Of a stretch of 38,785 nt of DNA, positions 1 through 9,665 are shown in pieces. The notes beneath the pieces were generated by a model. The model had not been told where the DNA came from and did not search any database. It worked only from the letters and a program-made list of their open reading frames with translations. The stretch covers positions 1 to 38,785 of the IMG/VR virus record IMGVR_UViG_3300048574_000406, one strand, 5' to 3'. A program made the position numbers and the translations under genes. The DNA is from a virus (lineage: Duplodnaviria; Caudoviricetes). Positions within the stretch are counted from its first letter, which is position 1. Every line of letters begins with the position of its first letter.

Positions 1-387
1 TCACCGCCTCGACGGAGGCGGCAGAGCTTGTTCGACGCGGCGCGCGAGCTCGCGGAGCTCGTCTCGTGTCTCGCGGCCGGTGGTCTCGATCGAGTCGAGG
101 CGCGTGAGCAGGATCGCGATCGTCCGCTCGGTCTCGAAGCGCGCGGCGTCGACGCGCTCGACGCGCGCGGTGAGCGTCACGTGGTCGCGCTCGAGCGTCG
201 TGACGCGGGTGACCATCACGCCGTACGTGACGGCCGAGCTCGCGCCGGCGGAGAGCAGCGTGAGCAGGATCGCGACGGCCCACCCGGGCAGGTTGAGTCC
301 CTGATGCATCGAGTCGCGTTCTCCCCTCTGCCGCGGCTCGAGCGGCGCTCCGCGCTCGCCCGTCGGGGGTCGGAGTCCACCGTTCAC
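1..387 (-). CDS. Single-TM coiled-coil protein, holin-like/lysis-associated (alternative start ATG 309)
   Basis: Hydrophobic stretch WAVAILLTLLSAGASSAVTYGVMV then coiled coil; lies after tail genes; GTGA overlap with upstream ORF. Confidence 0.55.
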   Translation of the reverse strand: MNGGLRPPTGERGAPLEPRQRGERDSMHQGLNLPGWAVAILLTLLSAGASSAVTYGVMVTRVTTLERDHVTLTARVERVDAARFETERTIAILLTRLDSIETTGRETRDELRELARRVEQALPPPSRR

Positions 388-641
388 GTCGGCGTCCCCT
401 TCCGCTGCAGACCTCCGATCGCGCCCGCCGCCATCGCGCGGCGCTCCTCGGATCGGCCGGCGTCGCGGCCGGCGTCGTAGAGCCGGCGCGCGATCGACGT
501 GATCCGCTCGCGGCGCGGATCGTCCTCGGCGAGGCCCGCGTCGATGCAGAGCTGCTCGCCGAGGATCACGACGAGGTCGAGCGACTGCGACGTGCGTCGC
601 GAGCGCGGGCTCTCGGGTAGCGTCGGGTCGTCGGCTCCCAC
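384..641 (-). CDS. Hypothetical protein, first gene after repeat copy 1
   Basis: 85 aa ORF; its GTG is in the same register to the 64-bp element as the portal GTG. Confidence 0.6.
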   Translation of the reverse strand: MGADDPTLPESPRSRRTSQSLDLVVILGEQLCIDAGLAEDDPRRERITSIARRLYDAGRDAGRSEERRAMAAGAIGGLQRKGTPT

Positions 642-650
642 GCTCGCAAC

Positions 651-714
651 GTGCGCGGCCGCGGGGGCGAAGAACGGAACTTCGTGATCTTCACTGCTCG
701 CGCGAGAGTGAAGA
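651..714 (-). promoter_or_regulatory. 64-bp element copy 1 (putative late promoter/regulator site with dyad TCTTCACT-N11-AGTGAAGA)
   Basis: 59/64 identical to 16794..16857; intergenic, between a stop codon and the next start. Confidence 0.75.
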
Positions 715-716
715 GC

Positions 717-1163
717 TCAGTCCGCTCCGACTTGCCCGGAGGCGTCGACCGCGTCGACGGCGAACCGCACGCTCGCAGGCCACCCGCCCGAGCGACGCAG
801 CACGAATGTCCGCACGGAGCCCTCCTGCGTCAGCGAGCTCGCGCGGTAGCGAGGACCGAACGCGCCGGCGCGGAAGACGACCTCCTCGAGGCCGAGCGAC
901 GCGTACAGCGCCGACAGCACGGTGAGCACGAGATCCGAGTCGGTGACGCGCACGGTGATCGCCGCGTCGCGTGTGATCGGCGTGCCGGGAGCGGGATCGA
1001 GCCACTCGATCACCGGCGCGGGACCGGGCGACTCGGCGCCGCCAAGCACGATCGCGAGACGGCCGGGCACGCTGTCGATCGGCTCCGCGACGTACGGGTC
1101 GGGCGCGGACGCGAACGGCCAGCCCGAGGATCCGTAAAGCGGTGCACCAGGGAAGTCCGCCAC
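717..1163 (-). CDS. Hypothetical virion/tail-associated protein
   Basis: 148 aa, SD GAGGTG, last gene of the tail module. Confidence 0.7.
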   Translation of the reverse strand: MADFPGAPLYGSSGWPFASAPDPYVAEPIDSVPGRLAIVLGGAESPGPAPVIEWLDPAPGTPITRDAAITVRVTDSDLVLTVLSALYASLGLEEVVFRAGAFGPRYRASSLTQEGSVRTFVLRRSGGWPASVRFAVDAVDASGQVGAD

Positions 1164-1171
1164 GTCTCACC

Positions 1172-2095
1172 TCAGAAGAGCGGCGCGACCGTCGCAGGCC
1201 ACGGAAACGTGAGCTGACCGAACTGGATCCGCGCGGCGCCGGAGGTCGCGAGGCTGTAGGTATCGAGGTCCGCGCGCGCCGTGTTCTCCGCGGTGAATTC
1301 CTGCAGCACGCCCTTTCGCTGGGCGACCCCTCCGGTGCCGTCGCTCACGAAGACCGGCGAAAGATCGTCCTCGCCGCTGTACGGACTCTGCCCGCTGTAC
1401 GCACCGAAGGACCCGGGTGTGGAGCCGCCAAGTGTGGAGACCGCGGACGCGCCCGAGAGCCCCGCGCGATACCATCCGCGAAGAGCGGAGGTCACACTGA
1501 CCTCCCCCGTGCTCGTAGTCGCGACCCACGGCTCGCTGTCCGCGTCTCCTACGGTGCCGTCGTAGGGCGAGAGGAGCGGTAGCACCGCGAGGTATCCCCC
1601 CGCGGCGCCGCTGGGCGTGGTGCGGATCACCATCCAGAACGCGTACACGTCTCCGCTCGTACCGAGCGGAGACGTGCGAGCACCCATGTGCACCCGCACG
1701 CTCGTCGCCGTGGTCGGGAAGAAACTGGACTGATAGCCGCCGCCCGACCCAAGGATTTGAAGCGCGCCGGACGCGGTGGGGACGGTGGCGCCGGTGCCCC
1801 CCGTGAATGCCTGCCCGACGCGGCCGAGCCAAGCACGCAGCGACCCTGGCGTCGTCGAGCGCTGCCAGACGAAGTCGCGCCCGCCGTCGGGATCGCGGAA
1901 GTGTTCCCACGCGGACGTGTTGTTCCAATCCCCGAGCGAGTTGCGCGTTCCCTTCGGGCTCGTTCCGTCGGAACTGCCGACACACGTCCAGCCCGCTGCG
2001 ATCAGCAGATCGCCGAATGCGATGAGATGCTCTCGGTTGTCGGAGCGCACCTCGTTGACGTCGAACTCCCAAGCTCCGTCGCTGTACGTCGCCAT
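1172..2095 (-). CDS. Putative tail fibre/receptor-binding protein
   Basis: 307 aa, G/T/S/W-rich, downstream of baseplate genes; SD GAGG. Confidence 0.6.
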   Translation of the reverse strand: MATYSDGAWEFDVNEVRSDNREHLIAFGDLLIAAGWTCVGSSDGTSPKGTRNSLGDWNNTSAWEHFRDPDGGRDFVWQRSTTPGSLRAWLGRVGQAFTGGTGATVPTASGALQILGSGGGYQSSFFPTTATSVRVHMGARTSPLGTSGDVYAFWMVIRTTPSGAAGGYLAVLPLLSPYDGTVGDADSEPWVATTSTGEVSVTSALRGWYRAGLSGASAVSTLGGSTPGSFGAYSGQSPYSGEDDLSPVFVSDGTGGVAQRKGVLQEFTAENTARADLDTYSLATSGAARIQFGQLTFPWPATVAPLF

Positions 2096-2105
2096 CGTCG
2101 ACCTC

Positions 2106-2783
2106 TCAGACGAGCGCGAGCTTCACCCGCACGCCGTAGATCACGACGTTGTGCGAGTTCCCCACGGGCGCTTCGAGCCGGAGGGACGTGACGCCGCGAT
2201 CGGCGCTGAAGACGAAGTCGCCGTCGCTCCACGGGATCGTCGGCCACACGCCGGTGTGCGTGTAGACCGCCTCCGTGTCGTCGAACTCGTTGCCGGTCAC
2301 GGTCTGGTCGACGGTGATCAGCGTCTTCTCGTTCGCCGAGCTCGCGACGACCGGATCGTAGACACGACGCTTCACGACGAGCGTGTCGTCGGCGCTGCCG
2401 GCGTCGACGAAGCGGCCGCGGAGCGCGACCTGAAAGAGCCCGCACCCGGGCGGGGCGAGATGCGAGAGCGGGATGTCGACGATCGAATCCGGCGTCATCA
2501 CGGCCGAGAAGCCCGCCGGGTTCACGAGCGCATCGATCGCAAGCGTGACGGTGCCGGCGATCACGTCGACGTGACGCGGCGTCGGCGGCAGCCAGAACGT
2601 CTTCGTCGGCGCCGTGATCAGCCCGATCGTCTCCTCGGGCCACCCGAGCTTTGACTCGAGCCACGCGCCGCGGTTCAGGAGCGCTTGGTACGCCGCCTCG
2701 ATGTTCGCGCGCTCGACGAAGTCGGTGCCCTCCGGGACCTCGACGTCGGAGCGCGTGACCGCGGGAGTCAGGGTCATCGGCAC
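2106..2783 (-). CDS. Putative tail fibre/baseplate attachment protein
   Basis: 225 aa; SD AGGAGG; directly follows the wedge gene. Confidence 0.6.
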   Translation of the reverse strand: MPMTLTPAVTRSDVEVPEGTDFVERANIEAAYQALLNRGAWLESKLGWPEETIGLITAPTKTFWLPPTPRHVDVIAGTVTLAIDALVNPAGFSAVMTPDSIVDIPLSHLAPPGCGLFQVALRGRFVDAGSADDTLVVKRRVYDPVVASSANEKTLITVDQTVTGNEFDDTEAVYTHTGVWPTIPWSDGDFVFSADRGVTSLRLEAPVGNSHNVVIYGVRVKLALV

Positions 2784-2808
2784 GGCTTCACCTCCTGCAG
2801 CAGCTCGA

Positions 2809-3567
2809 TCACTCGATCACCCGCTCTTCCAGCTCGTCCCAGGTCAGTGCGAGGGCATCGAGCTCGTCCCACGTGAGCTGCAGCGAATCGAGCACGTCCC
2901 ACACGGGCACGACGCCGTCGCCCGGGTCGACGATCGTCGACAGCAGCACGTGCGCGGCACCCCACGCGCGCGGGATCGCGACGAGGCGCGCACGCTCGTC
3001 CTCCGAGAGCGGCAACGGGCTCGCGGCGAAGCGGTAGACCACCCACGCGCGCGCCCACGGCCCGAGCGGCGACGCCGGTGTCGTGACGCCCGCCTCGCGC
3101 GTGATCGTCCCGTCGCCGGCGAGCCTGTACCGCACGCCTCGCGCGATGTAGACGTCGACCCCTTCGATCGACGTTCCGAGGTCCGTCCCGAGGAACGCGC
3201 GAAGCTGCTCGAGCAACGCCCACGCGCTCCCGCGCGTGCGGTGCGCGGTGCGCCACGTGCGCAGGCGCGCCGCGAACGCGGCCGCGGTCTCGCCGGTCCC
3301 GCGGAGCAGCACGCGGTCGGCGCCGATGCGGGGCAGCGCGTCCTCGCGCGACGCGCTCGGGTACCGCAAGCGCACCGAGGCGCCGTCGCGATCCGTGAGG
3401 ACGTCGAAGAACTGCGCGATCGATCCGAGGTAGCCCCAGCCCTTCGAGCGCGTGAGCCACGGCGGCAGGAGCGGGCGCAGCCATCGACGCCACCGATCGC
3501 CCTCCGCCGCCGGCGGTGGCGTCGGCGGGGTCGGGTCGTCGATCAACGGGTAGTCGGCTTCGCTCAC
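2809..3567 (-). CDS. Baseplate wedge protein (Mu gp48/P2 gpI-like)
   Basis: Follows baseplate J; LPRIGADR...GET...RLR motif; C-terminal repeated TWDEL. Confidence 0.75.
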   Translation of the reverse strand: MSEADYPLIDDPTPPTPPPAAEGDRWRRWLRPLLPPWLTRSKGWGYLGSIAQFFDVLTDRDGASVRLRYPSASREDALPRIGADRVLLRGTGETAAAFAARLRTWRTAHRTRGSAWALLEQLRAFLGTDLGTSIEGVDVYIARGVRYRLAGDGTITREAGVTTPASPLGPWARAWVVYRFAASPLPLSEDERARLVAIPRAWGAAHVLLSTIVDPGDGVVPVWDVLDSLQLTWDELDALALTWDELEERVIE

Positions 3568-4736
3568 GTCGACACCTGATGCGTGGTGGGGGTGACGGTG
3601 CCGAGCGCGGGCGCCTGCGACGACGTGACGGAGACGTCCGCCGCCGGCGCCGTGACCTCGACTCGGATCGCGGGCTCGCCGGTCGCGCGCTCAAGCGCGG
3701 CCGAGATCGCCGCCTGGATCGCGGAGACGTACACGCGGCCGGGCTCACCCGGGAGCACTTGGCCACCGATCGGCACGCGCGCGAGCCACGCCGAGAGCGC
3801 GAGTTCGACCGCGTCCTCGAGCTGCTCATCGGAGAGCGAGCTCTGCGGCACCCAAGCCTCGTAGGTCACCGCGATCGAGAGCTCGGACGCGGAGAAGATC
3901 CGCGCTTCGACGGAGAGCGGTTCGACCTGCGAGCGGATCGCGAAGGCCACGGCGCCGAGGTCGGTGCCCGGGTCCTCCGAGTCTCCGGGCACCGCGCCGC
4001 TTGCGGTCGCGACGTAGACGTCGACGTGTCCCTCGCCGTCGGCGACTGCGGCGATCCGCGTGACGCCGACCTCGGTCCCGTCCACGCGCGTCGCCGATCG
4101 CGCGATCGCGTCGTAGGCGTCCTTCGGACCGTTCGGCGACAGCGTCCCGAGCGTCGCCCGGCACCGCGAGCGGAGCGCCTCGTCGGTCTCCTCGTCGGCG
4201 CCGACAGCAGCGGTCGAGCCGTCGACCGTCACGCCCGACAGCGGCGTAACGAGCTCGGAGATGCCGTCTTCGGCCACGCTCGAGGCGGAGCCGAGCTCGA
4301 TCGCGACGACCGGGATCACGTACGTCCCAGCCCCCGAGATCGTGTAGGGCTCCGAGTTCCGGTACGACTTGCCGTTCGCCGGCGCGCTGAAGATCAGGTC
4401 GCCCGGATCGCCGGAGTAGACACCGACGCCCGCGTTCACGAGCGTGACCTCCGACGCGGCGAAGGTCCCGAGACTCCGCTCGACGCCGTAGACGTGGCGC
4501 GCCGTGAGCGTCAGCCAGTCGCCCGTCGCGGTCGAGAGGAACGCGCTCTTCGCGAGGAGCGCCTGCACAGACGAGAACGCGCTTCCCAGGAGCGCGACCG
4601 CGTGGATGATCGTCCGCGCCGCGCCGCCCGGCTTCCACGCGCTCGTGACGATCCCGTTCGCCTCGAGGTACGCGTAGATCGCCGCGCGGCACTCCGCGAG
4701 CGTCAGCGGCCGCGCGAGCTCATCGACCGTCGCCAT
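3564..4736 (-). CDS. Baseplate J-like protein (Mu gp47/P2 gpJ)
   Basis: Motifs TATGDWL and GADEETDEALRSR; 390 aa; synteny. Confidence 0.92.
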   Translation of the reverse strand: MATVDELARPLTLAECRAAIYAYLEANGIVTSAWKPGGAARTIIHAVALLGSAFSSVQALLAKSAFLSTATGDWLTLTARHVYGVERSLGTFAASEVTLVNAGVGVYSGDPGDLIFSAPANGKSYRNSEPYTISGAGTYVIPVVAIELGSASSVAEDGISELVTPLSGVTVDGSTAAVGADEETDEALRSRCRATLGTLSPNGPKDAYDAIARSATRVDGTEVGVTRIAAVADGEGHVDVYVATASGAVPGDSEDPGTDLGAVAFAIRSQVEPLSVEARIFSASELSIAVTYEAWVPQSSLSDEQLEDAVELALSAWLARVPIGGQVLPGEPGRVYVSAIQAAISAALERATGEPAIRVEVTAPAADVSVTSSQAPALGTVTPTTHQVST

Positions 4737-5196
4737 ACATCGCCTCCACGAGGACCTCGGCGTCCGTCAGCCGGAGCACGAGCTCGAAGCTCTGACCGTC
4801 CACCGCAACCACGCGCGCGCGGCCCGCGATCGTCCGGGTCGCGTCGTCGTAGACGAGCCGCAGGTCGACCGTGTCGACGCGGTCGTCTCGACGCCACTCC
4901 GCGCGCACCGCGCCCTCGATGGCGCGGAGCTGCTCGATCGTCGTGCCGCGGCCGAGGTACTCGCGGAGATCGATCCCACGATCGGGAGCGTCCGCGAGCG
5001 AGCCGCGCGGGGTCTGGATCAGCCGCGCGAGCGACTCGCCGATCACGCGCACGCCCTCGACGTCGCCGACGTCCGCGCGGAGGTCCTCCACGCACGAGAT
5101 GTCGGTGCCGTACCCGGGGCTCGTCGCCGGTGGCAAGTACTCGCGCTCGACCTCGGCGAGCGCGGCCGCGAGCGCGTCTCGGACGACGTCGCTCAT
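4720..5196 (-). CDS. Baseplate wedge/sheath initiator (gp25/Mu gp46-like)
   Basis: TPRGSL...DRGIDL...DDRV motif; ATG at 5196 overlaps upstream TGA. Confidence 0.82.
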   Translation of the reverse strand: MSDVVRDALAAALAEVEREYLPPATSPGYGTDISCVEDLRADVGDVEGVRVIGESLARLIQTPRGSLADAPDRGIDLREYLGRGTTIEQLRAIEGAVRAEWRRDDRVDTVDLRLVYDDATRTIAGRARVVAVDGQSFELVLRLTDAEVLVEAMYGDGR

Positions 5197-6425
5197 GGCT
5201 CGACCCTCACGATCGAAGACCCGGTGTCGTAGGGCGGGGTCGTCGGAAGCGCGGTCGCCGGAGGACCCGACGTGCCGCCGCCGGTCGATACGCCGGAATG
5301 CGTGTGGGCGGCGGTGAACGCTCGCAGCGCCTCGAGCGCGCTGTCGACTCGCGAGGCGAGCGCTGCGAAGTCGCTCGGCGACGTCGAACCGAGGCGCACG
5401 GACGGCGCGACGATCGCGGCGCTCGACGACGCCTGCAGCTCGAAGGACGTCGGCACCCAACCGACGCCGTCCTTGCCGGCGTACCCGACGACGATCGGAC
5501 GCGACGGATCCGCGTCGACGAACGCGACGAGGACCTCGGCGCCGTTCGCGAGCTCGGCGTGCGTGCCCGCGACGCCCGGCCAGTGCGAGATCGGGAGCAG
5601 GTCCGGCAGGCCCGCGAGCGGCGCGACGCGCTGGCACTCGACGCGGTCCCCGCGCCGGCCGACGACGCGGTAGCGGTAGACGCCCGAGAGACGCTCTGCG
5701 AGGAGCTGCTCGACGATGCCGCGCACCGCGTCGACGAGCGGCGAGCGAGTCACTGCCGGATCGACCCACACGCGGACGCGAGCCTCGTCGGCGGTCACGT
5801 CGACCTCGAGGCCGACGATGCGCGCGGGTGCGTCGAGGCCGTCGACGAGTCGAGCACCGACGGCGATCGCGGAAAGGCTCCAGGGCTGGACCGTCAGGTC
5901 GACGGTGCGCACCCCTCGATCGACGACGAGCGCGAGTCCCGGCTCGACGTCGGGCAGCTCCGGCCGATCACCGACTCGCGTGACGCCAGCGAAGTCGACC
6001 CACCACGCGCCACCGGTCGCCGCGTCGAGCGCGCGGGACGCAGGCCCCTCCCGACGCGTGTAACCGGGCCCGAGACGCGTCACGGGCGCCGTCGCCGGCC
6101 ACGCCTCGAGCTCGGCGCCGCAGTCGCGCGCCGCGTCCTCCGCGATGACCCGGGCGCGCACGCCCTGATCGTCACGGTACGCCTTCTCGGCGATCCACTG
6201 CGACCACGCCGCGCCCCCGAGGATCTCGAGACGCAGACGTCCGCCGTGCGTGCTGCGCCCGATGATCGTACCGCTGACCTCGAGGTCGTCGACGCGCGCC
6301 TGCACGGTCGAGCCCTCCTCGGCTTCGACGACGCGCGGCAGCACGACGAGGAGCTGCCACCGGCCGCGGCGCGGAACGGTCAGGGTCGCGCGCTCGGCGA
6401 CGACGTCGTCGACGAGGACGATCAT
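5193..6425 (-). CDS. Fused baseplate hub + central spike (compact VgrG-like)
   Basis: N-terminal hub-like region, OB-fold-type GAEVLVAFVDADPSRPIVVG, C-terminal HTH (HxH) apex motif AHTHSGV. Confidence 0.75.
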   Translation of the reverse strand: MIVLVDDVVAERATLTVPRRGRWQLLVVLPRVVEAEEGSTVQARVDDLEVSGTIIGRSTHGGRLRLEILGGAAWSQWIAEKAYRDDQGVRARVIAEDAARDCGAELEAWPATAPVTRLGPGYTRREGPASRALDAATGGAWWVDFAGVTRVGDRPELPDVEPGLALVVDRGVRTVDLTVQPWSLSAIAVGARLVDGLDAPARIVGLEVDVTADEARVRVWVDPAVTRSPLVDAVRGIVEQLLAERLSGVYRYRVVGRRGDRVECQRVAPLAGLPDLLPISHWPGVAGTHAELANGAEVLVAFVDADPSRPIVVGYAGKDGVGWVPTSFELQASSSAAIVAPSVRLGSTSPSDFAALASRVDSALEALRAFTAAHTHSGVSTGGGTSGPPATALPTTPPYDTGSSIVRVEP

Positions 6426-6997
6426 TCTTCGCCACCCTGCAGAGCTGCGTCGACGCGGGCCTCTGCCGCTGCAAGCCTGTTCAAGTTGCCATCGCGGACC
6501 GTCCGCAGGGCTCGGATGATGTTCTGATTGATGGTGTTATCGGTGCGCTGCGCGACTGCCCCGTCGGCCGCGACCACGAGCGGTGCCGGACGTCGGTATT
6601 CGATCCACGCGATCGCGATCGCCCACTCTCCCGAGTCGCCGACCTTCTCTGCCTGGCCGACGTTCTCGACGACGGCTTGGGTGATGCCGACGTCTTCGAG
6701 GATCGGGTGCCACACGTCGAGCGCCTGCGGTCGCTCTCCCGTCGGAGGTCGATCGACAAGCGGACGGAACTCGTGCCATGCGTCCCAGTCGGCCGCCTCG
6801 ATCAGCCGGAATCGAGTGCGGAACCGCGAAACGTCGAGACCGCGAAACACCGCGCGCGCGCCTTGCAGCGCGTAGCCCTTGCGGATGTCCCAGCGGCGAG
6901 GGCTGCCGGCGCCGCTGATCTCGACAAGTCCCGGCGACTCCTGTCCCGCGACGAGCAGCTTGTCGGTCGGCTCGGTGAGCGGACGCCAGGCCATCAC
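6422..6997 (-). CDS. Putative tail tube initiator/baseplate protein
   Basis: 191 aa immediately after the tape measure gene. Confidence 0.6.
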   Translation of the reverse strand: MMAWRPLTEPTDKLLVAGQESPGLVEISGAGSPRRWDIRKGYALQGARAVFRGLDVSRFRTRFRLIEAADWDAWHEFRPLVDRPPTGERPQALDVWHPILEDVGITQAVVENVGQAEKVGDSGEWAIAIAWIEYRRPAPLVVAADGAVAQRTDNTINQNIIRALRTVRDGNLNRLAAAEARVDAALQGGEE

Positions 6998-8643
6998 GCC
7001 ACCCCCGCGGATCGAGCGGCGTCGAGAAAGATCTCTTCGACGCGCGCACGGAGGTCGTCGAGCATCGTCTCGGCGCCCGAGGTCTGCACCACGACGTCAC
7101 CGACGACGATCGAGACCCGCGGAGCCGCTGCGCGATCTGCCTGCGTGTCTCCCCCTCGCGTCGACGACTCGCCTCCCGACTCGGTGCCTCGAGCGCGAGG
7201 GGGAGGAAGCAGCGGCGGCTCGACGAGCTCGGCCGCGGCGCGACTCACGCTCGGCGCCTCGCGATCGATGCCAACCTCGACGCCGGCGCCGAGCTGACGA
7301 CCGAGCTCCGCGAAGAGCCGCGAGGGGGATCGGATCTGCGCGCGCTCTCGCGCAGCGCGCTCAGCCTCTCCAATCACCGCGGCCGCGGCGCGAGCCGCAG
7401 GCCCGGCGCCATCGAGAATCCCCTGCGCAAGGCCGAGCGCGACGTCGAGCCCCTGCTTCCGCATCTGCCGATCGAGGTCGTTCACGGCGCCAAGCTCGGT
7501 CAACCCTGACAAGCCGTCTTGCAACGACGGAAGACCATCGAACATCGTCGAAAATGTGTTCTCGACGTCCCGAGCGAACTCGATGATATCCGCGAAGCCA
7601 TTGGTGACGCTGGTGCGAAACTCCAACCAATCGTTTTGCATCATGAGCATCCCGATTGTCGTGCGCTCCACCGTCACGCCCATGCCGTCGACGAAGCGAG
7701 CGAGCGACAACGCACCCTCGTTCCCAACGGACGTGAAGATCTCCGCAAAGGTCTTACCCACCTCGTTGCTTCGACTGAAGAGGTTCACGAACCGAGACAG
7801 AGATTGAAGAAGTGGCTCGATGTTTATATCGCGAAACAAACTACTGATGTTCGCCTTGAATCGTCGCCACAGGCCGTCGGTCGACGACATCTGCCGCTCT
7901 GCGAGATGCCCGTATCGCCGCTCCGTGTCGTCCGCGAGTCGCCCGATGTCTTGACCCGCCCGACCCGCCGCCGCGGCGGCGTACACGAAGCTCCGACCCC
8001 ACTGCTCACCGAGAGCCGCGCCCTTCGTCGACGCGCCACGTAGCGCCGCCTCGAGCGCATCGCCTCGAAGACCCGCGCGATACGCGGCGCGCGCGTACCC
8101 CTCGAGCTCCTCCCGCGACGCCCCCGTCCGATCTGCGACGGCGTCGATCGCGTTGCTCATGTCGCGCGCAGTGCCGGCGGCGTCGCGGGTGCCCCCATGC
8201 ACCCGCGCGAAGACTTCGAGGCGGAGTTTCTCCGCGCGCGTCGCTTCGGCCGCCGCGAGCGCGTAGCGCCCGAGCGCGGCCGCGCCCTCGACCACGCTCG
8301 ACACCACGGCTACAACGGCACTGGCGACCGCGAGCGCCCCCGTCGCCATCGCGCCGAGATTCCCGAGGGTCGAGAGCGCGGAGCGACCGAGCCCTCCCAC
8401 TCCCGCCCCTCCGGCGGCACCTGCCTCGCCGACCCCTCCGAGGGCGCGGCCGCTCGCTCGAGCGGCACCCTGCAAACGCGAGAGGCCCGAGGACTGCCGC
8501 TGCATCGTCGCCTGCAGCGTCGAGAGCTGCCCGCGGGTGCCCGCCATCTCCTCGCGGAGCGACCGAAGCGACGTGCGCGCCTCACCCGCCGGACCCGAGA
8601 TCCGGTTGTCGAGCGCGAGCGTGAACGTTGCGGAGTCAGCCAT
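6994..8643 (-). CDS. Tape measure protein (short, 549 aa)
   Basis: Ala/Gly-rich helical protein after the chaperone; C-terminal IRSPSRLF motif typical of TMPs. Confidence 0.88.
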   Translation of the reverse strand: MADSATFTLALDNRISGPAGEARTSLRSLREEMAGTRGQLSTLQATMQRQSSGLSRLQGAARASGRALGGVGEAGAAGGAGVGGLGRSALSTLGNLGAMATGALAVASAVVAVVSSVVEGAAALGRYALAAAEATRAEKLRLEVFARVHGGTRDAAGTARDMSNAIDAVADRTGASREELEGYARAAYRAGLRGDALEAALRGASTKGAALGEQWGRSFVYAAAAAGRAGQDIGRLADDTERRYGHLAERQMSSTDGLWRRFKANISSLFRDINIEPLLQSLSRFVNLFSRSNEVGKTFAEIFTSVGNEGALSLARFVDGMGVTVERTTIGMLMMQNDWLEFRTSVTNGFADIIEFARDVENTFSTMFDGLPSLQDGLSGLTELGAVNDLDRQMRKQGLDVALGLAQGILDGAGPAARAAAAVIGEAERAARERAQIRSPSRLFAELGRQLGAGVEVGIDREAPSVSRAAAELVEPPLLPPPRARGTESGGESSTRGGDTQADRAAAPRVSIVVGDVVVQTSGAETMLDDLRARVEEIFLDAARSAGVA

Positions 8644-9210
8644 TCGAGGGACGAAGTCGGAGGCCGTCGAGCGCCTCGGCGAGGGTCAGCGCGGCGTGGA
8701 GCGCGCGCAGGTGTCGTTCGTCGTCGAGCTCGTCGGCTCCAAAGAGCACGAGGAGCGAGTGAGCGGTGACGCCGAGGTCGTCGCGCGCGCGCGACCTCAG
8801 CTCCCGGATTTTCCCGCGAGGTCCTTCGCGCGACCGTTGGCCAGCGCCTGCACCACGTCGGCGATGCGATCGAGGAGCGCGGGGTAGTCCTCGAGCAGCG
8901 AGTCGAGCTCGGGCCCGCGCGGGTGCGCGACGCACGGGTACGCGAGCTCGGAGACGAACGCGGTCTGGTAGCTCCCGCGGTCGCGGAAGCGCGCGTAGGC
9001 CGCACGCGACGGCGCGGTCACGATGATCACGCCGCGCGGGCCTTCGATCGAGGCCCACCGGTCACCCGGGAGCCCGTGCTTCGCCTCGTAGGCGTCGAGC
9101 ACCTCGAGGTCGCGGACCTCGCGCTCGAGCGCGGCCGCGGTGGTGGTCGAGGTCCTACGCTCCTCGCGCGCGGCGAGGAGAGCGGCCCGGCGGCTGGCGA
9201 GGTCCTCCAT
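8636..9210 (-). CDS. Tail assembly chaperone GT fusion via -1 frameshift at 8815..8809 (about 191 aa)
   Basis: GGGAAAA heptamer; -1 frame open to 8636, overlapping the TMP start. Confidence 0.8.
8797..9210 (-). CDS. Tail assembly chaperone G (137 aa)
   Basis: Between tube and TMP; ends GCG GGA AAA TCC GGG AGC TGA with a slippery heptamer. Confidence 0.85.
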   Translation of the reverse strand: MEDLASRRAALLAAREERRTSTTTAAALEREVRDLEVLDAYEAKHGLPGDRWASIEGPRGVIIVTAPSRAAYARFRDRGSYQTAFVSELAYPCVAHPRGPELDSLLEDYPALLDRIADVVQALANGRAKDLAGKSGS

Positions 9211-9665
9211 CACGGCACCTCGGCGAGCGTGCGCTCGTCGCGGACGATGCGCTCGATCCAGAGCTGCAGCTCGTCCGCCGTCGGATCGGTCCCCTCGGCG
9301 GGGCTGCCCGAGTCGCCGACGATGTAGCAGTTGCGCATCTCGACGGTGTGAGGCGGGAGGCCCTCCTCGCCGTACGAGACGACGATGTCGAACGGCGTGT
9401 CGCCGTACGACCCGCGCCCGTTGTCGAGCGCTTCGCGGAGGCGTGCCGCGGTGTCGGTGTGGAGCGTGACGCTCCCCTCCGCCGCGTACTTGCCCGTCGT
9501 GACGCCGCGCGGCCCGCGCTGGGGCGCGGTGCCGTAGGCGGCGGCGCGCTCGCGCGTGTCCGAGTAGTTCACCGCGGTCACGCCCACGAACACCTGATCG
9601 CGGGCGCGGATCTCGACGGAGCCCCACGAGAAGATGTTTCCGTTGACCCGGAGCGGATCACCCAT
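9210..9665 (-). CDS. Tail tube protein
   Basis: 151 aa directly after sheath; beta-rich tube-like sequence. Confidence 0.85.
   Translation of the reverse strand: MGDPLRVNGNIFSWGSVEIRARDQVFVGVTAVNYSDTRERAAAYGTAPQRGPRGVTTGKYAAEGSVTLHTDTAARLREALDNGRGSYGDTPFDIVVSYGEEGLPPHTVEMRNCYIVGDSGSPAEGTDPTADELQLWIERIVRDERTLAEVP

Noticed and set aside
1-641. Endolysin or tRNA genes
   Set aside because: None recognisable in the window; the lysis cassette probably continues beyond the left edge
1172-2783. Diversity-generating retroelement or invertible tail-fibre cassette
   Set aside because: No reverse transcriptase, invertase, template repeat or inverted crossover sites seen
3516-6527. Very long plus-strand ORFs over the structural genes (also 9634..11730, 20608..22344) and minus-strand 34107..36404
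   Set aside because: Antisense shadow frames of real genes in high-GC DNA; Arg/Ala/Pro-rich with no motifs
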